Origin: Eledone cirrhosa
Lineage: Eukaryota
Direction of reading: 5' to 3'
Assembly: GCA_964016885.1 (NCBI GenBank)
Contig: OZ024743.1
Coordinates: 140,740,001-140,804,000, forward strand
Length of the DNA stretch: 64,000 nucleotides
Under the pieces are notes generated by a model. That model did no database searches and was not told the origin of the DNA. It saw nothing but the letters and a program-made list of their open reading frames with translations. Position 1 is the first letter of the stretch. Each line of letters opens with the position of its first letter. Positions 55,601-64,000 of the stretch are shown here, piece by piece. A program made the translations under genes and the position numbers.

Positions 55601-58600
55601 TGCTTGGTGTTTGGTGTTTGTTACTTGGTGCTTGGTGCTTGGTGCTTGGTGTTTGGTGCTTGGTGTTTGATGCTGCGTGCTTGGTGTTTGGTGTTTGGTG
55701 CTTGGTGCTTGGTGTTTGGTATTTGGAGCTTGGTGCCTGGTGCTTGTTGTTTGGTGTTTGGTGCTTGGTGCTTGGTGTTTGGTGTTTGGCGTTTGGTGCT
55801 TGGTGCTTGGTATCTGGTGTTTGGTGCTTGATGTTTGGTGTTTGGTGCTTGGTGCTTGGTGTTTGGTGTTTGGTGCTTGGTGCTTGGTGTTTGGTGCTTG
55901 GTGTTTGGTGTTTGGTGTTTGATGCTTGGTGTTTGCTGCTTGGTGCTTGGTGCTTGGTGTTTTGTGTTTGGTGCTTGGTGCTTGGTGCCTGCTGCTTGGT
56001 GCTTGGTGCTTGTTGTTTGGTGCTTGGTGCTTGGTGATTAGTGTTTGGTGCTTGGTGCTTGCGGTTTGGTGTTTGGTGCTTGGGGTTTGGTGTTTGGTGC
56101 TTGGTGCTTGGTGTTTGGTGCTTGGTGCTTGGTGCTTGGTGTTTGGTGCTTGGTGCTTGGTGTTTGGTGCTTGGTGCTTGGTGTTTGGTGTTTGGCGTTT
56201 GCTGTTTGCTGTTTGGTGTTTGGTGTTTGCTGTTTGGTGTTTGCTGTTTGGTGTTTGGTGTTTGGTGCTTGCTGTTTGGTGCTTGGTGCTTGGTGTTTGG
56301 TGTTTGGTGTTTGGTGCTTGGTGCTTGGTGTTTGGTGCTTGGTGCTTGGTGCTGGGTGTTTGGTGCTTGGTGCTTGGTGTTTGGTGCTTGGTGCTTGGTG
56401 CCTGGTGTTTGGTCCTTGGTGCTTGGTGCTTGGTGCTTGGTGCTTGCTGTTTGGTGTTTGGTGTTTGGTTCTTGGTGCTTGGTGTTTGGTGTTTGGTGTT
56501 TGGTGCCTGGTGCTTGGTGCTTGGTGTTTGGTGCTTGGTGCTTGGTGATTAGTGTTTGGTGATTGGTGCTTGGGGTTTGGTGTTTGGTGCTTGGTGTTTG
56601 GTGCTTGGTGCTTGCTGTTTGGTGTTTGGTTCTTGGTGCTTGGTGTTTGGTGTTTGGTGTTTGGTGCTTGGTGCTTGGTGCTTGGTGTTTGGTGCTTGGT
56701 GCTTGGTGCTTGGTGTTTGGTGCTGCGTGCTTGGTGTTTGGTGCTTGGTGTTTGGTGCTTGGTGCTTGGTGCTTGGTGCTTGGTGTTAGGTGTTTGGTCC
56801 TTGGTGCTTGTTGTTTGGTGTTTTGTGCTTGGTGCTTGGCGTTTGGTGTTTGGTGCTAGGGGCTTGGTGCTTGATGCTTGGTGTTTGGTGCTTGGTGCTT
56901 GCTGTTTGGTGTTTGGTGCTTGGTGCCTGGGGCTTGTTGTTTGGTGTTTGGTGCTTAGTGCTTGGTGTTTGGTGTTTGGTGCTTGGTGCTTGGTGGCTGG
57001 TGCTTGGTGCTTGGTGTTTGGAGTTTGGTGCTTGGTGCTTGGTGCCTGGTGTTTCGTGCTTGGTGATTGGTGCTTGGTCTTTGGTGTTTGGTGTTTGGTG
57101 TTTGGTGTTTGGTACTTGGTGCTTGGTGCTTGGTGTTTGGTGCTTGGTGTTTGGTGATTGGTGCTTGGTGCTTGGTGCTTGGTGCTTGGTGTTAGGTGTT
57201 TGGTCCTTGGTGCTTGTTGTTTGGTGTTTTGTGCTTGGTGCTTGGCGTTTGGTGTTTGGTGCTAGGGGCTTGGTGCTTGATGCTTGGTGTTTGGTGCTTG
57301 GTGCTTGGTGTTTGGTGTTTGGTGCTTGGTGCGTGGGACTTAGTGTTTGGTGTTTGGTGCTTGGTGTTTGGTGCTTGGTGTTTGGTGCTTGGTGCTTGGT
57401 GTTTGGTGTTTGGTGCTTAGTGCTTGGGGCTTGGTGTTTGGTGCTTGGTGTTTGGTGTTTGGTGCTTGGTGCTTGGTGTTTGGCGCTTGGTGCTTGGTGC
57501 TTGGTGCTTGGTGCTTGGTGATTAGTGTTTGGTGCTTGGTGCTTGGAGCCTGGTGCTTGGTGCTTGGTGCTTGTTGTTTGGGGCTTGGTGTTTGGTGCTT
57601 GGTGCTTGGTGCTGGGTGGTTGGTGTTTGGTGTTTGGTGCTTGGTGCTTGGTGCTTATTGTTTGGTGCTTGGTGCTTGGTGCTTGGTGCTTGGTCTTTGG
57701 TGCTTGGTGTTTGGTGTTTGGTACTTGGGGCCTGGTGTTTGGCGCTTGGTGCTTGGTGCTTGGTGTTTGGTGCTTGGTGTTTGGTGCTTGGTGATTAGTG
57801 TTTGGTGCTTGGTGCTTGGTGCCTGGTGCTTGGTGCTTGGTGCTTGATGTTTGGTGCTTGGTGCTTGGTGATTAGTGTTTGGTGCTTGGTGCATTGGGTT
57901 TGGTGTTTGGTGCTTGGGGTTTGGTGTTTGGTGCTTGGTGCTTGGTGTTTGGTGCTTGGTGCTTGGTGTTTGGTGCTTGGTGCTTTGTGTTTGGTGCTTG
58001 GTGTTTGGTGCTTGGTGCTTGGTGCTTGGTTCTTGGTGTTAGGTGTTTGGTGCTTGGTGATTGGTGTTTGATGTTAGGTTCTTGGTGCTTGGTGTTTGGT
58101 GCTTGGTGCTTGGTGCTTGGTGTTTGGTGTTTGGTGCTTGCTGCTTGGTGCTTGGTGTTTTGTGTTTGCAGTTTGGTGCTTGGTGTTTGGTGCTTCGGTC
58201 TTGGTGTTTGGTGTTTGGTGCTTGGTGCCTGGGGCTTGTTGTTTGGTGTTTGGTGCTTAGTGCTTGGTGTTTGGTGTTTGGTGCTTGGTGCTTGGTGGCT
58301 GGTGCTTGGTGCTTGGTGTTTGCAGTTTGGTGCTTGGTGCTTGGTGCCTGGTGTTTCGTGCTTGGTGCTTGGTGCTTGGTGTTTGGTGTTTGGTGCTTGG
58401 TGTTTGGTGTTTGGTACTTGGTGCTTGGTGCTTGGTGTTTGGTGCTTGGTGTTTGGTGCTTGGTGCTTGGTGCTTGGTGCTTGGTGTTTGATGTTTGGTC
58501 CTTGGTGCTTGTTGTTTGGTGTTTGGTGCTTCGTGCTTGGTGTTTGGTGTTTGGTGCTTGCTGCTTGCTGCTTGGTGTTTGGTGCTTGGTGATTGGTGCT

Positions 58601-61600
58601 TGGTGTTTTGTGCTTGGTGCTTGGTGTTTGGTGTTTGCTGCTAGGGGCTTGGTGCTTGATGCTTGGTGTGTGGTGCTTGGTGCTTGCTGTTTGGTGTTTG
58701 GTGCATGGTGCGTGGGACTTAGTGTTTGGTGTTTGGTGCTTGGTGTTTGGTGCTTGGTGTTTGGTGCTTGGTGCTTGGTGTTTGGTGTTTGGTGCTTGGT
58801 GCTTGGGGCTTGGTCTTTGGTGCTTAGTGTTTGGTGCTTGGTGTTTGGTGCTTGGTGCTTGGTGCCTGGTGTTTGGTGTTTGGTGTTTGGTGCTTGGTGT
58901 TTGGTGCTTGGTGCTTGGTGCTGGGTGGTTGGTGTTTGGTGTTTGGTGCTTGGTGCTTGGTGCTTATTGTTTGGTGCTTGGTGCTTGGTGCTTGGTGCTT
59001 GGTCTTTGGTGCTTGGTGTTTGGTGTTTGGTGCTTGGTGCCTGGTGTTTGGCGCTTGGTGCTTGGTGCTTGGTGTTTGGTGCTTGGTGTTTGGTGCTTGG
59101 TGATTAGTGTTTGGTGCTTGGTGCTTGGTGCCTGGTGCTTGGTGCTTGGTGCTTGATGTTTGGTGCTTGGTGCTTGGTGATTAGTGTTTGGTGCTTGGTG
59201 CTTGGTGTTTGGTGCTTGGTGCTTGGTGTTTGGTGCTTGGTGCTTTGTGTTTGGTGCTTGGTGTTTGGTGCTTGGTGCTTGGTGCTTGGTGCTTGGTGTT
59301 AGGTGTTTGGTGCTTGATGATTGGTGTTTGATGTTAGGTTCTTGGTGATTGGTGTTTGGTGTTTGGTGCTTGCTGCTTGGTGCTTGGTGTTTTGTGTTTG
59401 GATTTTGGTGCTTGGTGTTTGGTGCTTCGGTCTTGGTGTTTGGTGTTTGGTGCTTGGTGCTTGGTGTTTGGCGTTTGGTGCCTGGTGCTTGGTGTTCGGT
59501 GCTTGGTGTTTGGTGTTTGGTGATTGGTGCTTGTTGTTTGGTGCTTGGTGCTTGGTGCTTGGTGTTAGGCGTTTGGTCCTTGGTGCTTGGTGTTTGTTGT
59601 TTGGTCCATTGTGCTTGGTGTTTGGTATTTTGTGCTTGGTGTTTGGTGTTTGGTGTTTGGTGCTTGGTGCTTGGTGTTTGGTGTTTGGTGCTTGCTGCTT
59701 GCTGCTTGGTGTTTGGTGCTAGGGGCTTGGTGCTTGGTGTTTCGTGTTTGGTGCTTGGTGCTTGGTGTTTGGTGTTTGGTGCTTGGTGCGTGGGACTTGG
59801 TGTTTGGTGCTTGGTGTTTGGTGCTTGGTGTTTGGTGCTTGGTGCCTGGTGCTTGGTGTTTGGTGTTTGGTGCTTGGTGTTTGGTGCTTGTTGTTTGGTG
59901 CTTGGTGTTCGGTGCTTGGTGCTTGGTGCTTGGTGCTTGGTGTTTGGTGTTTGGTGCTTGGTGCTTGGTGTTTGATGTTTGGTCCTTGGTGCTTGGTGTT
60001 TGGTGTTGTGTGCTTGGTGCTTGGTGTTTGGCGTTTGCTGTTTGCTGTTTGGTGGTTGGTGTTTGCTGTTTGGTGTTTGCTGTTTGGTGTTTGGTGTTTG
60101 GTGCTTGCTGTTTGGTGCTTGGTGCTTGGTGTTTGGTGTTTGGTGCTTGGTGTTTGGTGCTTGGTGCTTGGTGCTGGGTGTTTGGTGCTTGGTGCTTGGT
60201 GTTTGGTGCTTGGTGCTTGGTGCTTGGTGTTTGGTCCTTGGTGCTTGGTGCTTGGTCTTTGGTGCTTGGGTTTTGGTGTTTGGTGCTTGGTGCTTGGTGT
60301 TTGGTGCTTGGTGCTTGGTGCTTGGTGTTTGGTGCTTGCTGCTTGGTGCTTGGTGTTTGGTGCTTGGTGCTTGGTGATTAGTGTTTGGTGATTGGTGCAT
60401 GGGGTTTGGTGTTTGGGGCTTGGTGTTTGGTGCTTGGTGCTTGCTGTTTGGTGTTTGGTGTTTGGTTCTTGGTGCTTGGTGTTTGGTATTTGGTGTTTGG
60501 TGCTTGGTGCTTGGTGCTTGGTGTTTGGTGCTTGGTGCTTGGTGCTTGGTGTTTGGTGCTGCGTGCTTGGTGTTTGGTGTTTGGTGCTTGGTGCCTGGGG
60601 CTTGTTGTTTGGTGTTTGGTGCTTAGTGCTTGGTGTTTGGTGTTTGGTGCTTGGTGCTTGGTGGCTGGTGCTTGCTGCTTGGTGTTTGGAGTTTGGTGCT
60701 TGGTGCTTGGTGTCTGGTGTTTCGTGCTTGGTGCTTGGTGCTTGGTGTTTGGTGTTTGGTGCTTGGTGTTTGGTGCTTGGTGTTTGGTGCTTGGTTCTTG
60801 GTGCTTGGTGTTAGGTGTTTGGTGCTTGGTGCTTGGTGTTTGATGTTTGGTCCTTGGTGCTTGTTGTTTGGTGTTTGGTGCTTGGTGCTTGGTGTTTGGT
60901 GTTTGGTGCTTGCTGCTTGCTGCTTGGTGTTTGGTGCTTGGTGATTGGTGCTTGGTGTTTTATGCTTGGTGCTTGGTGTTTGGTGTTTGGTGCTAGGGCT
61001 TGGTGCTTGATGCTTGATGTTTGGTGCTTGGTGCGTGCTGTTTGGTGTTTGGTGCTTGGTGCGTGGGACTTAGTGTTTGGTGTTTTGTGCTTGGTGTTTT
61101 GTGCTTGGTGTTTGGTGCTTGGTGCTTGGTGTTTGGTGTTTGGTGCTTGGTGCTTGGGGCTTGGTGTTTGGTGCTTAGTGTTTGGTGCTTGGTGTTTGGT
61201 GCTTGGTGCTTGGTGCTTGGTGTTTGGTGTATAGTGTTTGGTGCTTGTTGTTTGGTGCTTGGTGCTTGGTGATTAGTGTTTGGTGCTTGGTGCTTGCGGT
61301 TTGGTGTTTGGTGCTTGGGGTTTGGTGTTTGGTGCTTGGTGCTTGGTGCTTGGTCTTTGGTGCTTGGTGTTTGGTGTTTGGTGCTTGGTGCTTGGTGTTT
61401 GGTGTTTGGTGCTTGCTGCTTGCTGCTTGGTGTTTGGTGCTAGGGGCTTGGTGCTTGGTGTTTCGTGTTTGGTGCTTGGTGCTTGGTGTTTGGTGTTTGG
61501 TGCTTGGTGCGTGGGACTTGGTGTTTGGTGCTTAGTGTTTGGTGCTTGGTGTTTGGTGCTTGGTGCCTGGTGCTTGGTGTTTGCTGTTTGGTGCTTGGTG

Positions 61601-64000
61601 TTTGGTGCTTGTTGTTTGGTGCTTGGTGTTCGGTGCTTGGTGATTGGTGCTTGGTGCTTGGTGTTTGGTGTTTGGTGCTTGGTGCTTGGTGTTTGATGTT
61701 TGGTCCTTGGTGCTTGGTGTTTGGTGTTGTGTGCTTGGTGCTTGGTGCTTGGTGTTTGGTGCTTGGTACTTGGTGCTTGGTGTTTGGCGTTTGCTGTTTG
61801 CTGTTTGGTGGTTGGTGTTTGCTGTTTGGTGTTTGCTGTTTGGTGTTTGGTGTTTGGTGCTTGCTGTTTGGTGCTTGGTGCTTGGTGTTTGGTGTTTGGT
61901 GCTTGGTGTTTGGTGCTTGGTGCTTGGTGCTGGGTGTTTGGTGCTTGGTGCTTGGTGTTTGGTGCTTGGTGCTTGGTGCTTGGTGTTTGGTCCTTGGTGC
62001 TTGGTGCTTGGTCTTTGGTGCTTGGGTTTTGGTGTTTGGTGCTTGGCGCTTGGTGTTTGGTGCTTGGTGCTTGGTGCTTGGTGTTTGGTGCTTGGTGCTT
62101 GGTGATTAGTGTTTGGTGATTGGTGCTTGGGGTTTGGTGTTTGGGGCTTGGTGTTTGGTGCTTGGTGCTTGCTGTTTGGTGTTTGGTGTTTGGTTCTTGG
62201 TGCTTGGTGTTTGGTATTTGGTGTTTGGTGCTTGGTGCTTGGTGCTTGGTGTTTGGTGCTTGGTGCTTGGTGCTTGGTGTTTGGTGCTGCGTGCTTGGTG
62301 TTTGGTGTTTGGTGCTTGGTGCCTGGGGCTTGTTGTTTGGTGTTTGGTGCTTAGTGCTTGGTGTTTGGTGTTTGGTGCTTGGTGCTTAGTGGCTGGTGCT
62401 TGGTGCTTGGTGTTTGGAGTTTGGTGCTTGGTGCTTGGTGTCTGGTGTTTCGTGCTTGGTGCTTGGTGCTTGGTGTTTGGTGTTTGGTGCTTGGTGTTTG
62501 GTGCTTGGTGTTTGGTGCTTGGTTCTTGGTGCTTGGTGTTAGGTGTTTGGTGCTTGGTGCTTGGTGTTTGATGTTTGGTCCTTGGTGCTTGTTGTTTGGT
62601 GTTTGGTGCTTGGTGCTTGGTGTTTGGTGTTTGGTGCTTGCTGCTTGCTGCTTGGTGTTTGGTGCTTGGTGATTGGTGCTTGGTGTTTTATGCTTGGTGC
62701 TTGGTGTTTGGTGTTTGGTGCTAGGGACTTGGTGCTTGATGCTTGATGTTTGGTGCTTGGTGCTGGCTGTTTGGTGTTTGGTGCTTGGTGCGTGGGACTT
62801 AGTGTTTGGTGTTTGGTGCTTGGTGTTTTGTGCTTGGTGTTTGGTGCTTGGTGCTTGGTGTTTGGTGTTTGGTGCTTGGTGCTTGGGGCTTGGTGTTTGG
62901 TGCTTAGTGTTTGGTGCTTGGTGTTTGGTGCTTGGTGCTTGGTGCTTGGTGTTTGGTGTATGGTGTTTGGTGCTTGTTGTTTGGTGCTTGGTGCTTGGTG
63001 ATTAGTGTTTGGTGCTTGGTGCTTGCGGTTTGGTGTTTGGTGCTTGGGGTTTGGTGTTTGGTGCTTGGTGCTTGGTGCTTGGTCTTTGGTGCTTGGTGTT
63101 TGGTGTTTGGTGCTTGGTGCTTGGTGTTTGGCGCTTGGTGCTTGGTGCTTGGTGTTTGGTGCTTGGTGCTTGGTGCTTGGTGATTAGTGTTTGGTGCTTG
63201 GTGCTTGGTGCCTGGTGCTTGGTGCTTGGTGCTTGTTGTTTGGTGCTTGGTGCTTGGTGATTAGTGTTTGGTGCTTGGTTCTTGGGGTTTGGTGTTTGGT
63301 GCTTGGGGTTTGGTGTTTGGTGCTTGGTGCATGGTGTTTGGTGCTTGGTGCTTGGTGTTTGGTGCTTGGTGCTTTGTGTTTGGTGCTTGGTGTTTGGTGC
63401 TTGGTGCTTGGTGCTTGGTGCTTGGTGTTAGGTGTTTGGTGCTTGGTGATTGGTGTTTGATGTTAGGTTCTTGGTGCTTGGTGTTTGGTGTTTGGTGCTT
63501 GGTGCTTGGTGTTTGGTGTTTGGTGCTTGCTGCTTGGTGCTTGGTGTTTTGTGTTTGGAGTTTGGTGCTTGGTGTTTGGTGCTTGGTGCTTGGTGTTTGG
63601 TGTTTGGTGCCTGGTGCTTGGTGTTTGGTGCTTGGTGTTTGGTGTTTGGTGATTGGTGCTTGGTGTTTGGTGCTTGGTGCATGGTGCTTGGTGCTTGGTG
63701 TTTGATGTTTGGTCCTTGGTGCTTGGTGTTTGGTATTTGGTGCTTGGTGCTTGGTGTTTGGTGTTTGGTGCTTGCTGCTTGCTGCTTGGTGTTTGGTGCT
63801 AGGGGCTTGGTGTTTGGTGCTTGGTGTTTGGTGCTTGGTGTTTGGTGCTTGGTGCCTGGTGCTTGGTGTTTGGTGTTTGGTGCTTGGTGTTTGGTGCTTG
63901 GTGTTTGGTACTTGGTGTTCGGTGCTTGGTGCTTGGTGCTTGGTGTTTGGTGTTTGGTGCTTGGTGCTTGGTGCTTGGTGTTTGATGTTTGGTCCTTGGT
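46690..64000 (-). repeat. Right-arm patchwork of higher-order duplications
   Basis: Identical or near-identical ORF translations occur at offsets of 532 (49395/49927), 2323 (49927/52250), 2709 (48618/51327), 1728 (60381/62109), 8252 (46696/54948) and 8568 (47473/56041). The marker GCGTGGGACT occurs at 44804, 48602, 50534, 51311, 52857, 54019, 57331, 58710, 59788, 61061, 61509 and 62790. Confidence 0.85.

Larger units (their letters stand above)
40188..64000 (-). repeat. Heptamer satellite array, right arm: same monomer inverted, (YTTGGTG)n on the + strand
   Basis: CTTGGTG and TTTGGTG are the exact reverse complements of CACCAAG and CACCAAA. The array is continuous to the right window edge, and the + strand is nearly devoid of A. 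Confidence 0.99.

Noticed and set aside
1-64000. Hundreds of ORFs encoding (LVLGAWC/LVFGVWC)n or (TKHQAPS/TKHQTPN)n, up to 906 aa
   Set aside because: A 7-bp repeat gives the same 7-aa period in all three frames, and neither consensus strand contains a stop codon, so long overlapping ORFs are expected by default. There is no preferred frame, no unique domain and no visible expression signal.
1-64000. CRISPR array, or an information-bearing binary code in the A/G monomer order
   Set aside because: There are no unique spacers or 23-50 bp constant repeats. The A/G order is copied between HOR units as expected from duplication, and nothing in the window indicates that it is decoded.
40188-64000. 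Canonical G-quadruplex array or Chi-site cluster
   Set aside because: Monomers have only GG runs, with GGG/GGGG sparse and isolated, so at most weak two-tier G4s could form. GCTTGGTG is not the E. coli Chi sequence GCTGGTGG.
1-64000. Bacterial heptamer repeats (cyanobacterial STRR or phase-variation SSR)
   Set aside because: Those tracts are short and embedded among genes. A gene-free array of at least 64 kb with HORs does not fit, although the taxon cannot be established here.

Overview
The whole 64 kb window is one heptamer satellite, consensus CACCAAR (CACCAAG/CACCAAA, with CAGCAAA, CACCAAT and CGCCAAA as recurrent variants), roughly 9,100 monomers (64000/7). I see no unique sequence, credible gene, RNA gene, CRISPR array or mobile element. 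Two structures stand out. (1) There is a single, spacer-less strand inversion centred between 40187 and 40188 (…CACCAAG|CTTGGTG…, creating AAGCTT): (CACCAAR)n occupies 1-40187 and (YTTGGTG)n occupies 40188-64000, so the window is a giant imperfect palindrome. Exact symmetry lasts only 20 bp per side, and the two arms carry different diagnostic variants. (2) There is nested higher-order repeat (HOR) structure readable from rare variant monomers: a ~1.52 kb unit (~217 monomers), ~2.36 kb and ~3.3 kb units, a ~10 kb tandem duplication in the left arm, and 0.2-8.6 kb duplications in the right arm. All listed ORFs are artefacts of the 7-bp period. The architecture resembles eukaryotic centromeric, subtelomeric or minichromosome satellite DNA (inference). 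The organism cannot be identified from this sequence.
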